Assembly (NCBI GenBank): GCA_963663865.1
Contig: OY760686.1
Span: forward strand, 2,208,001-2,272,000
Origin: Spirochaetota bacterium
GTDB taxonomy: Bacteria > Spirochaetota > UBA4802 > UBA5550
Direction of reading: 5' to 3'
Length of the DNA: 64,000 bases
Within the stretch, counting starts at the first letter, position 1. Every line of letters begins with the position of its first letter. Both the position numbers and the translations under genes were made by a program. The notes under the pieces were generated by a model. The model was not told the DNA's origin. It did not search any database and saw only the letters and a program-made list of their open reading frames with translations. Of this stretch, positions 37,060 to 46,167 are shown piece after piece.

Positions 37060-37350
37060 CTAACTCATCTTCTTAATGTTTATTTGGTATCCAAGGACTG
37101 CTGCAATACCACTTAATGTTTTCAGCGTGACATTCGAGCTTTTACCTGTACGGATATTCTGTATCACGGCAGGTGACACCCCGGCTTTTTCTGCAAGCTT
37201 TCTCACTGAAATATGGTTCTCTTCCATCGCCTCAAGAAGAAATTCATTAAGAAGAAATTCATTGTATCCTTTATAAAACCGCTCTTTCCTTTTCAGGTCT
37301 TTCAATATCCGGTCAAAAGTAGTTTGTTGTTTTTTTGCTTTTTCATTCAT
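37060..37350 (-). CDS. XRE-HTH antitoxin
   Basis: AMEENHISVRKLAEKAGVSPAVIQNIRTG...TLKTL..IA..LGY; start overlaps the toxin stop. Confidence 0.88.
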   Translation of the reverse strand: MNEKAKKQQTTFDRILKDLKRKERFYKGYNEFLLNEFLLEAMEENHISVRKLAEKAGVSPAVIQNIRTGKSSNVTLKTLSGIAAVLGYQINIKKMS

Positions 37351-37723
37351 AATAGGTACCATCCTTCAATCGTCTTTCGTAGTCATCACGGCAGGAGAGT
37401 GCTTTTTCTTTTTCATTCCTGGGCAGTTTATCGGTCTTCTTTCTGAATGCGTTGGTTACGATAATCTTTCTTTCCTTCACAAAGAAACACAGAAAACGGT
37501 CAGTTTGAGGCTTAAAGGCGAAGATATCGTCCCCCTCGTATCTGAATTGTGTCTTGTTATTGATTTTACCAAAATCTCCCATACGCTTAAAAAGATAAAA
37601 AAGCCTATCCTGCTGGGTTTCACTTAATTCTTCAAAATATTCTAAGGCCTGGCAATATCCACAGCCTGAACAATACCATTCAATAATAAACTGTTCCCCG
37701 CAATAAGCTATGTATTCTTTCAC
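37343..37723 (-). CDS. RelE/HigB (Gp49-like) toxin
   Basis: F.YEGDDIFAFKP...RFLCFF...IIVTNAFRKKTDKLP.NEK; GTG start. Confidence 0.88.
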   Translation of the reverse strand: MKEYIAYCGEQFIIEWYCSGCGYCQALEYFEELSETQQDRLFYLFKRMGDFGKINNKTQFRYEGDDIFAFKPQTDRFLCFFVKERKIIVTNAFRKKTDKLPRNEKEKALSCRDDYERRLKDGTYYE

Positions 37724-37733
37724 CTATCCACCA

Positions 37734-37762
37734 AGTGTACCATTATTTTAGCACATCGTCAA
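37734..37762 (-). promoter_or_regulatory. TA promoter (near-leaderless)
   Basis: TTGACG - 17 bp - TACACT, 10 nt before the GTG. Confidence 0.6.
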
Positions 37763-38191
37763 ATCTTTTTTCTTTTACTATTTTATAAAACTTCTTCCCA
37801 AAACACCTCCGAACTTCAGCAATAAAATGTATAATACCGCATTCGCTCTTCTCATGCGACCCTCGCTCGCTTCGCACCCTCGGCGAAGATAATTTATCAT
37901 ATCCTAAGCGCCTACATGGCCAGGATTCTACTGTGTCAACGAGCAGGGCCTCGTTAATGTGGAATTTTTTTCAGCGCTCGTTCGAAACCGTGGGAATAAT
38001 ACGTTTTTCTTTTCAACTACACTAAAATGACAGAGCATGAACGATAAAAAAACAAGACTGAAATATGATAGAAGCAAAGAGATTGCAAACTAACAGTTTT
38101 ATGCAGAAGTAAATTGGCAGCATGCCTGGAGGTAGAGACGCTAATAAGGGAGACGCTGCATCATCTTGTCAGATGTGGAGGCTTGTTTTCT

Positions 38192-38219
38192 CTCGCAAAG
38201 TCCGCAAAGTACGCAAAGT
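38192..38219 (+). repeat. 9-nt tandem repeat (TCGCAAAGT CCGCAAAGT ACGCAAAGT)
   Basis: Three copies of CGCAAAGT with period 9, seen directly. Confidence 0.8.
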
Positions 38220-38238
38220 CCCTGATCTGTAACTTCAT

Positions 38239-38488
38239 TGGCGGAATTAAGAGACTGCAGGCACCCTGTTTCAACAACTAAACCAGTGCGATTTTCACGG
38301 ATGAAAATCGCCCAGCGCCGACGTTCAGGATGATGATAACGGCGCTGCAACAGTCGAGTAACTGCAAAAGCCAAGCCCTTCCGGCGCCTGAAGAACGGCT
38401 TTTTCCCGCCGCTTTTTGGCCGGTCAAAAAGCGGCAAAAGAGGTACCACGCTTTCAGCGTGAAAAATGACAGACAGGATCCCTGCCAA
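38239..38488 (+). repeat. Structured non-coding repeat, copy 2
   Basis: Direct repeat of 36550-36846 with compensatory stem changes; identical core 38325-38388. Confidence 0.9.
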
Positions 38489-38640
38489 AAATGCGTTTCG
38501 CACAACACAGCAGAATAAATGAGAGCGGCATCACAAATATATCTTAACATTTTTCTGCTCCTGAACCCTAATCTTACTGGTTAAAAAAACTTCTGTGCTT
38601 ATTATTTGCTTTACAAACCAAACAGATAATGGAGGGCAAT

Positions 38641-39702
38641 ATGAAAGCCCACGAAAAAGCGATATACGATAAATCAGACAGTGTTAACTGTCATCACGAA
38701 ACCGGTCTTAAGGAGATCTACCTTGCGGGAGGCTGCTTCTGGGGCATTCAGGAATACTTCTCAAGAATGCCCGGAGTCGTTTACACCCAGGTGGGATATG
38801 CCAACGGGAAAACGTCAAATCCATCCTACTACGATGTATGCAGCGGAGACACAGAACACGCCGAAGCTGTTCATCTGCGCTACAATCCGGAGATTATCAC
38901 ACTCCGCGAGATTCTCATTGAGTTTTTCTCTGTTGTTGACCCCACATCTCTGAACCGTCAGGGCAACGACTCGGGAACACAGTACAGAAGCGGAATATAC
39001 TTCAGCGATCCTGAGGATGAGCCGACAATTTCATCGGTTATCTCAGAGATAAGCAAAATGCACACAAAACCGGTAATTACGGAATCAGAAAAGCTCAAAT
39101 GCTTCTTTGTCGCTGAGGACTACCACCAGGACTATCTCAAAAAAAATCCCGGGGGATACTGCCATGTCCCGCTGAAGCGCTCCGACCGGATAAGCGGCAA
39201 AAAAGATACTGCTCCTGTCATAGATCCGGGGCTCTATCCGGTGCCTGATTCAGTAGAGCTCTCTTCAAGGCTCAACGACATTCAGTTGGCAGTCACACAG
39301 CACTCAGCGACAGAAACACCGTTCACAGGCAAATACAATGAGCACTTTGCACCCGGCATCTACGTTGACATTGTCACCGGAGAACCGCTTTTCAGCTCCA
39401 CTGACAAATTTGAATCCGCCTGCGGATGGCCTGCCTTCAGCAGGCCAATTTCCCCTGAGGTCATCAGTGAAAAGATTGACACATCACACGGCATGAGAAG
39501 AACTGAAATCCGAAGCCGCTCCGGAGGGTCACACCTTGGGCACGTCTTTGAAGACGGGCCGCCCGACAGGGGCGGGCTCAGATACTGCGTCAACTCGGCA
39601 GCATTGGATTTTATCCCCCTGAATGAGATGGAGTCAAGAGGATACGGCAGTCTGAAAGAGCATGTCTTGACGGCCTTCAGTAAGAACGGCCGTATGAAAT
39701 AA
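38641..39702 (+). CDS. msrAB: Bifunctional peptide-methionine sulfoxide reductase MsrA/MsrB
   Basis: [20 protein letters not shown] (MsrA); ATE.PF, GWPAF, HLGHVF.DGP, RYCVNS (MsrB). Confidence 0.96.
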   Translation: MKAHEKAIYDKSDSVNCHHETGLKEIYLAGGCFWGIQEYFSRMPGVVYTQVGYANGKTSNPSYYDVCSGDTEHAEAVHLRYNPEIITLREILIEFFSVVDPTSLNRQGNDSGTQYRSGIYFSDPEDEPTISSVISEISKMHTKPVITESEKLKCFFVAEDYHQDYLKKNPGGYCHVPLKRSDRISGKKDTAPVIDPGLYPVPDSVELSSRLNDIQLAVTQHSATETPFTGKYNEHFAPGIYVDIVTGEPLFSSTDKFESACGWPAFSRPISPEVISEKIDTSHGMRRTEIRSRSGGSHLGHVFEDGPPDRGGLRYCVNSAALDFIPLNEMESRGYGSLKEHVLTAFSKNGRMK

Positions 39703-39726
39703 CCAGTTGCACAGGATCGAATCAAA

Positions 39727-39984
39727 GTGGACAAGAACCCATTTCAGTGCTCGATGTGCGGCGCCTGCTGCATTGAGCTGTCGATAAGCAGCCCGATTCC
39801 GGGGCTTCCGGACGGGAAACCGGCCGGGGTGTGCTGTATTCACCTTACTGCAGACAACCGTTGCGCCGTGTACAGCGCGAGGCCTGAGGTATGCAGAAAT
39901 TGGAGGCCCGACGCTGAACTCTGCGGCAGCGGATTCGAGGAAGCCTCCCGCTCGCTTGCTCTATTGGAAGAGGCAACACGATGA
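39727..39984 (+). CDS. YkgJ family cysteine-cluster protein
   Basis: CSMCGACC..SISSPIPG.P.GKPAGV.C.HL....C.VY..RPEVC. Confidence 0.88.
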   Translation: MDKNPFQCSMCGACCIELSISSPIPGLPDGKPAGVCCIHLTADNRCAVYSARPEVCRNWRPDAELCGSGFEEASRSLALLEEATR

Positions 39985-40481
39985 AAAACATCATACTCAT
40001 AGGAATGCCCGGCGCGGGCAAAAGCACCGTGGGAGTCCTGCTTGCCAAGGCGTTAGGAACCGACTTCATCGACACTGACATTCTTCTGCAGAAAAAAAGC
40101 GGAATGCTTCTGCCTGACATTATCAGGCTTGAGGGACTTTCGTCCTTCACTAAAAGGGAAAATGATGTCCTCAGAACTATTAAGCCCACCGGCAGCATCA
40201 TATCAACCGGTGGAAGCGCTGTTCTGTGTGCCGAGGGCATGAATCACCTGAAGAGAACCGGCTCCGCATTCTACCTTAAAATAGCACTCAACACTATTGT
40301 GTCTCGAATAAGCAACATAAGCACGCGCGGCATAGTCATGGAAGGCTCGCAGACACTGGCTGACATTTACGCAGTCAGAACCCCGCTCTACGAAAATTAC
40401 GCGGACAGCACAATTGACTGCGAAGGACTCAGCCCCGAAGAAACGGTCTGCCGAATAATGGGACTTCTCGAAAATGGCTGA
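39981..40481 (+). CDS. aroK: Shikimate kinase
   Basis: NIILIGMPGAGKSTVG, FIDTD, ISTGGS, R.PLY..YAD. Confidence 0.9.
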   Translation: MKNIILIGMPGAGKSTVGVLLAKALGTDFIDTDILLQKKSGMLLPDIIRLEGLSSFTKRENDVLRTIKPTGSIISTGGSAVLCAEGMNHLKRTGSAFYLKIALNTIVSRISNISTRGIVMEGSQTLADIYAVRTPLYENYADSTIDCEGLSPEETVCRIMGLLENG

Positions 40482-40523
40482 TAGTGGCCGATCCCCTTTT
40501 GTGTAGCAGCCTGAATGCAGCGG

Positions 40524-41342
40524 CTACTCCTCCTTCGGCGCAAAATGCACTGTCCTCTGTGGAAAAGGTATAACAATTCCGGCCTCTCTGAAACGGTCGA
40601 AAATTCTTATTCTTAGTTCACTTTTAATAAATTCAATATCAAAAACCTGGTCCGAATAAAATAGCAGTGAAAAGTCGACCGACGAGCTCCCGAAGTCAGT
40701 AAGCCTGACAATGCTCTCGGGTTCCTTGAGGACGAGAGGGTTGCCTTCAGCTACTTCCTTTATAATGCGGATTACCTGGTGAATGTCTGAGCCGTAATCT
40801 ACTCCCACCTTAACTTCAAATCGCGAAGTAATTTCATTATGGGTCCAGTTGGTAAACTCATTGTTCGTCAGATAAGAATTCGGAAAAATTATAGTTACAT
40901 CGTCTCTGGTCTGTACTGTCGTTGTGCGGATATTAATTGAGGTCACCCTTGCGATTGTGTCGTTGACTTCGATAATATCACCCACTTTGACTGAGCCGTC
41001 AAACAGAATAATAATTCCGGATATAAAATCAGTAAAAAGGCTCTGAAGTCCGAGACCGATACCAACCAGCAGGGCGGCTGAACCCGCGATCAGAACAGTG
41101 ACATCCATTCCGATTATCTCTAGAATTACGCTTACAACAATAATAAGGATAAAATATCTTATAATCTGAAATACCGCGTAGGCAGTGCCCGCGTCAAAGC
41201 GTTTGGAGGTATTCAGGGCCTTACGTATCAGCTTCAACACAAGCCAGCTCCCGGCAATCAGCAGGGTAATCATTATGAGATGATAAATAGTTAAATCAAA
41301 CTTGCCAGTATCGATAAGCTTGTAATTTATAAAGTTCTTCAT
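40524..41342 (-). CDS. mscS: Small-conductance mechanosensitive channel
   Basis: VGIGLGLQ...FISGIIIL, KVGD.IE, IRTT, PNS, VGVDYGSD, IPFPQR. Confidence 0.92.
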   Translation of the reverse strand: MKNFINYKLIDTGKFDLTIYHLIMITLLIAGSWLVLKLIRKALNTSKRFDAGTAYAVFQIIRYFILIIVVSVILEIIGMDVTVLIAGSAALLVGIGLGLQSLFTDFISGIIILFDGSVKVGDIIEVNDTIARVTSINIRTTTVQTRDDVTIIFPNSYLTNNEFTNWTHNEITSRFEVKVGVDYGSDIHQVIRIIKEVAEGNPLVLKEPESIVRLTDFGSSSVDFSLLFYSDQVFDIEFIKSELRIRIFDRFREAGIVIPFPQRTVHFAPKEE

Positions 41343-41586
41343 TTTTCAATCCATCATTTTGTCAGGGTGTTCGTTCCACTCTTTTTTGAGAAATCATATT
41401 TCCCGCTCCACAAGATGGCAACAATTTTTTATCTGGCAGATGCTTCCTCCATTTCCCGCTAAAATCGTTTGACTGAAATATCCTTTTTGTATTTATTATA
41501 CTCTGACGGCATGCTGATTTTCCGCATCCGCCCTGCCGGCCGCTTTCGGCAGGAATCATATGTTGAATATCATAAGGAGTAACATA

Positions 41587-42468
41587 ATGTTTAAAAGGGT
41601 AGGACTCTTCCTTCTCACAAACCTGCTTATTGTGGTGACAGTAGGCGTAATCATGAACGTTGTTCTTCCGCTCTTCGGAATTCAGGTCAAGGGTTGGATG
41701 GGGCTCGCGGTGTTTTGCGGGGTCTTCGGCATGGGCGGTGCCTTCATTTCCCTGTCAATAAGCAGATGGATGGCAAAGAGGGCTTACGGAATCAGGCTGA
41801 TTTCTCCGAACGAGCAGAGCTATGAGCTCAGGGAAATTTACCAGATGACGGCCAGGCTTTCGAAACAGGCCGGCCTTCCGGCGGTTCCGGAAGTTGGCGT
41901 ATACGAGTCATCCGAGCCTAACGCCTTCGCTACCGGCCCATCAAAGGGCAAAGCTCTTGTCGCCTTCTCTACGGGACTTTTGAACTCAATGCAGAAACAT
42001 GAGGTCGAAGCGGTTGCCGCACACGAGATATCCCACATTGCTAACGGCGATATGGTGACAATGACGCTCCTTACCGGAATCGCCAACGCCCTCGTCATGT
42101 TCCTGTCAAGGGCGATCGCTCACATCATTGATAATTTCCTGAGAAGCGATGACGGAGAGGGAGGCCTTGGATTTATTGCGTACATTGTTGTAGTAATGGT
42201 CCTCGACACTGTGTTTATGATGCTGGCTTCAATTCCAATCGCTGCCTTCTCACGGTTCAGAGAGTACAGGGCCGATGCCGGTTCCGCTAAGCTGACATCC
42301 TCATCTGCGATGGCTGACGCTCTGACAGCTCTTTCAAAGGCAACAGGCGTTGAGACCAAAAAGGACTCGTACGCTATCGCCAAGATCAGCTCAAACCGAA
42401 GGACTTCAATCTGGTCAACACATCCGTCGCTGGAATCGAGAATAGAACGATTAAGAAAAATGGCATAA
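41587..42468 (+). CDS. htpX: Zn metalloprotease HtpX
   Basis: PNAFATG, HEISHIANGDMVTMTL, FSRFREYRAD, STHP; AAGGAG RBS. Confidence 0.96.
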   Translation: MFKRVGLFLLTNLLIVVTVGVIMNVVLPLFGIQVKGWMGLAVFCGVFGMGGAFISLSISRWMAKRAYGIRLISPNEQSYELREIYQMTARLSKQAGLPAVPEVGVYESSEPNAFATGPSKGKALVAFSTGLLNSMQKHEVEAVAAHEISHIANGDMVTMTLLTGIANALVMFLSRAIAHIIDNFLRSDDGEGGLGFIAYIVVVMVLDTVFMMLASIPIAAFSRFREYRADAGSAKLTSSSAMADALTALSKATGVETKKDSYAIAKISSNRRTSIWSTHPSLESRIERLRKMA

Positions 42469-42475
42469 AGATCAT

Positions 42476-42500
42476 AGCCCCCGATTAAAAGGGGGCTTTC
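42476..42500 (+). terminator. Terminator between convergent genes
   Basis: AGCCCCC-GATTAAAA-GGGGGCT-TT. Confidence 0.65.
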
Positions 42501-42518
42501 ACAAAAATTCGGCAAAGA

Positions 42519-43277
42519 TTACCTCTGCCAGCCCTCAATAATAAAGTTCTTCTCAATCAGCTTACGCTCCGAACCAGAGTGAGGTTTATACCAGATCTCA
42601 AAACGGGCCGCATAGGGCTTGCCCCAGTCTCCCTCATAAATCGTAAAATCACCATTGGATTGAAAGCGTCTAATCTCTTCAGTGTTATTCTCAACTTTCA
42701 TGCTGCTACGGGAGGACAGCCTTCCTGCAGAGAGCCTGAGGTTTTTGGTAATCTCATATGCCTTCAGATAAACAGTTCCGGGTTCGACTTTCCCCAGCCA
42801 GACATCATATTCATAAAGACCGGGCTGCAAGGAGTTGTAAAGCTGAAAATCAGGCCCTTTTCTCTTTTTGTTGACAATAGCTCCAGGTCTTATGGTACCG
42901 TAACCGTCACCAGCAGGCTTTGCAAGCTCTACATTCTCAGGAATTTTCAGGTTATCAGCAAACCGGTCTTCGGTTGTCATGGAAATGAAAACCTGGCCTA
43001 AAATGTAAAAGAAAACAGCCAATACAACAATACCCAGTACACCGCCGGAAATAAACGCCGAAAGCGACTTTCTATTAATGAGCTGATATAAAATAGCGAC
43101 AAAGAGCAACAGGGTTGCCGGGAAGAGTATATAATAAACACTAACAAGAATTTGCGGTTTATTAAAAACTGCAGCAATAATGAAAATAAGGACTATCATC
43201 ATAAAAGGTATTAATGGTCTGTACCATTTATCAAAATACCACCTGGCAAGCTTTCTAATATTAAACTTCAATTTCAC
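42519..43277 (-). CDS. Hypothetical membrane protein (3 N-terminal TMs plus a beta-rich domain)
   Basis: 252-aa ORF overlapping the phzF stop; YEGDWGKPYAARFEIW C-terminus. Confidence 0.78.
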   Translation of the reverse strand: MKLKFNIRKLARWYFDKWYRPLIPFMMIVLIFIIAAVFNKPQILVSVYYILFPATLLLFVAILYQLINRKSLSAFISGGVLGIVVLAVFFYILGQVFISMTTEDRFADNLKIPENVELAKPAGDGYGTIRPGAIVNKKRKGPDFQLYNSLQPGLYEYDVWLGKVEPGTVYLKAYEITKNLRLSAGRLSSRSSMKVENNTEEIRRFQSNGDFTIYEGDWGKPYAARFEIWYKPHSGSERKLIEKNFIIEGWQR

Positions 43278-44046
43278 CTCTCATAAATACAACAGCATTG
43301 CCTGATATTTCAACACGATCACCTGCCAGACTGCATTTCAACAGGCCTCTTCGCTTTGACAGCTGTATGGCGTTAAACTTCGACTTGCCCGCAACTTCCG
43401 CCCAGTAAGGGACAAGGGTTGTACAGGCCGAGCCGGTAACCGGGTCTTCATCTACACCGACTCCAGGCGCAAAGAACCTGTAAACAAAATCACTATGACG
43501 ACCTCGTGATGTTGTAATAAACCCGCGTATCGCAAGATTTATTAAAGCATTGCGGTTAAATTCAAGTGAGCTTATCTCTTCTTCATTTTCAAACACGAGC
43601 ATATAGTCGGTTTTACCTTTGTATGCCTCAGCAGGAAAATGATTAAAGCAGCTTTTAAAGACATCAAGCTTATCAATACGACTGATATCATCCACGGGAA
43701 AATCAAGCCTTATGCTTTCACCGTCCTTCTCTGCCCTCAGGACTCCGCTGCGTGAATCAAACTCAACTATGCTTCCTGAGTATCCTTCTATATTAAAAAG
43801 TACATACGCGGATGCCAGAGTCGCGTGACCGCAGAGGTCGACTTCTACTGCCGGAGTAAACCACCTTATATGGTAGCGGTTATTCTTAATGATATAAAAG
43901 GCCGTTTCAGACAGATTGTTTTCTGCTGCAATTTTCTGCATCAGTGAATCATCTATCCACTCACTGCCCAGAGAACAGACACCTGCCGGATTTCCCGCAA
44001 AAAGGCTGTCGGTAAAGGTATCAAGATGATAGAAGGTTATTTTCAT
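43261..44046 (-). CDS. PhzF family epimerase/isomerase
   Basis: D.FT...FAGNPAGV, NNLSETAF, RWFTP..EVDLCGHATLA, EDPVTGSA. Confidence 0.94.
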   Translation of the reverse strand: MKITFYHLDTFTDSLFAGNPAGVCSLGSEWIDDSLMQKIAAENNLSETAFYIIKNNRYHIRWFTPAVEVDLCGHATLASAYVLFNIEGYSGSIVEFDSRSGVLRAEKDGESIRLDFPVDDISRIDKLDVFKSCFNHFPAEAYKGKTDYMLVFENEEEISSLEFNRNALINLAIRGFITTSRGRHSDFVYRFFAPGVGVDEDPVTGSACTTLVPYWAEVAGKSKFNAIQLSKRRGLLKCSLAGDRVEISGNAVVFMRGEIEV

Positions 44047-44359
44047 AATATCTGCTCCTTGAATCAAAATAATTGTAATGCTATTCCATATAATTCAATA
44101 TCTGAATCAATTATAAAACGCATCTTATGTAAACCTTACCGGAACCTGCCCATAATAATCCATCCAAAATATTAAAAGGAATCGAAAAAGGATTGTTATT
44201 TTTTAACTCTGGTATACTATCGAACAGGATTATCAGGAAGCATTCTAAATATTTTTCATTTTTGAACGCTGCCCCTTACCTGTTGTAATAATTTATTGAC
44301 AGTATGCAGGCAGATAAAATTATTACAGCAATAATAAGTAAATCCGTAACGAGGTAATA

Positions 44360-46066
44360 ATGAGCTTAAAACAAACCCTGATTAAAATGGAAAACAACAA
44401 TTCCATATTTGAAAACGCGATCCGTTCGCTTGATATTCCGACATGTTCAGTATTCGGTAAAGGTGACAATCTCAGCCCGGTCGGTTTTTCCGAAGCCGCG
44501 GACACCATTTCCACCAAAGACAGCGGAAAGGTGTCTGAATCGTTTCCTCAGACAAGCGCCGCTTCAAAAAACAAGGTGCTTAGCGCTTCGGGCGCAAACC
44601 CTTCTCCGCTGAGCGGAAAAAGAGTCGCTGTACTATTCTCCGGCGGCCCCGCCGCGGGCGGTCACAATGTTGTTTACGGACTCAAGAAGATTCTCGGGAA
44701 GAGCAACACCCTTCTCGGCGTCAAAGCCGGCCCAAAAGGTCTTCTTGAAGGAAAACTCTTTGAAATCACAGATGAAGCTGTCGCCAAGATTAAAAACACC
44801 GGTGGATTTGACTTCCTCGGAAGCGACAGGACCAAGATCAAGACTGACGAGCAGTTTGCCCGAGTCAAAAAGACATGTGTCGACAACAACCTTGACGCTA
44901 TCGTTATAATCGGCGGCGACGACTCCAACACGAACGCGGCTGTTCTCGCCGAAATCCTGTTCAGCGGAATCAAGCCTGACGGAAGCGGCGTGCAGGTTAT
45001 CGGCTGCCCTAAGACAATAGATGGGGACCTCCAGATTGGCGACATCCTCCCAATTTCCTTCGGATTTGACACCGCCACCAAGATATATGCCGAGCTTGCC
45101 GGCAACATTCTTCAGGACACACCCTCTTCAAGAAAGTACTGGCACTTTATCAAGCTTATGGGCCGTTCAGCCTCCCACGTGGCTCTTGAGGTCGCGATGC
45201 AGGTTAACCCGCCGGTGGCACTTGTCTCAGAAGAGGTTGCCGAGAAAAAGATGTCCCTTGCTAAAATTGTAGACGATATCGCGAAGGTTGTCATCTTGAG
45301 ATCAAAGAAGGGCATGAACTACGGCGCTGTTCTGATTCCGGAGGGTATTATCGAGTTCATTCCCGAGATGAATACCCTTATCGCGGAACTCAATGACAAG
45401 TTAGCCGGTGTTGACTCTGAAACCTCTGACATGACACAGGACCAGAAACGCGTCTATATAATAGGCAAACTTTCTGAAAACCACCAGGACCTTATGAACT
45501 CCCTTCCTGTTTATATTGTGGATATGCTTCTTGCTGACAGGGATTCTCACGGGAATCTTCAGGTTTCCCTTATCCCTACAGAAAAGCTCTTCATCGACAT
45601 GGTAGCCATCCGCGTTAAGGAACTCGACCCGTCTGTACCTTTCAGCACCCTCAACCACTTCTTCGGCTATGAGGGCCGCTGCGGGGCGCCGACCCTTTTC
45701 GACGCGGCTTACTGCTACAACCTGGGCCTGACTGCCGGCTCTCTGATTCTCGCCGGAAAAACAGGTTACATAGCGAGCGTCTCCGAGTTGGATAAGGGCG
45801 GCAAACCGCTTGGAATTCCGCTTACCGGACTGCTCAACATAGAAAGGCGTCACGGCAAAGATGAGTTTGTTATCGAGAAAGCCCTCGTCAAGACCGACTC
45901 TGAGGCCTTCAAATACTTTGCTGAAAGAAGAACAGAGTGGGCGGATGATGACATATTCTCCTCTTCCGGCCCTCGCCAGCTCTGGGGACCTGCCGCCAGG
46001 CAGATTCCTGTTACCGTTGCTCTCAACAGAAAGTACAGCGGACTCGGCTTCAACTTCGGCAAATAA
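44360..46066 (+). CDS. pfp: Pyrophosphate-dependent phosphofructokinase (long clade)
   Basis: SGGPAAGGHNV, GGDDSNT and PKTIDGD (PPi-specific residues), MGRSASH, FFGYEGR. Confidence 0.95.
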   Translation: MSLKQTLIKMENNNSIFENAIRSLDIPTCSVFGKGDNLSPVGFSEAADTISTKDSGKVSESFPQTSAASKNKVLSASGANPSPLSGKRVAVLFSGGPAAGGHNVVYGLKKILGKSNTLLGVKAGPKGLLEGKLFEITDEAVAKIKNTGGFDFLGSDRTKIKTDEQFARVKKTCVDNNLDAIVIIGGDDSNTNAAVLAEILFSGIKPDGSGVQVIGCPKTIDGDLQIGDILPISFGFDTATKIYAELAGNILQDTPSSRKYWHFIKLMGRSASHVALEVAMQVNPPVALVSEEVAEKKMSLAKIVDDIAKVVILRSKKGMNYGAVLIPEGIIEFIPEMNTLIAELNDKLAGVDSETSDMTQDQKRVYIIGKLSENHQDLMNSLPVYIVDMLLADRDSHGNLQVSLIPTEKLFIDMVAIRVKELDPSVPFSTLNHFFGYEGRCGAPTLFDAAYCYNLGLTAGSLILAGKTGYIASVSELDKGGKPLGIPLTGLLNIERRHGKDEFVIEKALVKTDSEAFKYFAERRTEWADDDIFSSSGPRQLWGPAARQIPVTVALNRKYSGLGFNFGK

Positions 46067-46082
46067 TCAATTTGATAATACA

Positions 46083-46108
46083 AGGCCCCGCGAAAGCGGG
46101 GCTTTTTT
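46083..46108 (+). terminator. Intrinsic terminator
   Basis: GGCCCCGC-GAAA-GCGGGGCT-TTTTT. Confidence 0.9.
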
Positions 46109-46167
46109 AGCTTAATTCATTCCCAGCTAAGTATTTCAACTTCGGGATATTTCCCGTACTTTTATAC

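Noticed and set aside
36484-38488. CRISPR array
   Set aside because: The repeats are long, few and irregularly spaced, with no cas genes.
36313-38550. ORFs 36313-36531, 36577-36849, 36604-36792, 36860-37063, 38141-38503, 38278-38550 and 38330-38518
   Set aside because: No good RBS and no protein-like motifs; most overlie palindromic repeats whose two copies do not preserve a reading frame.
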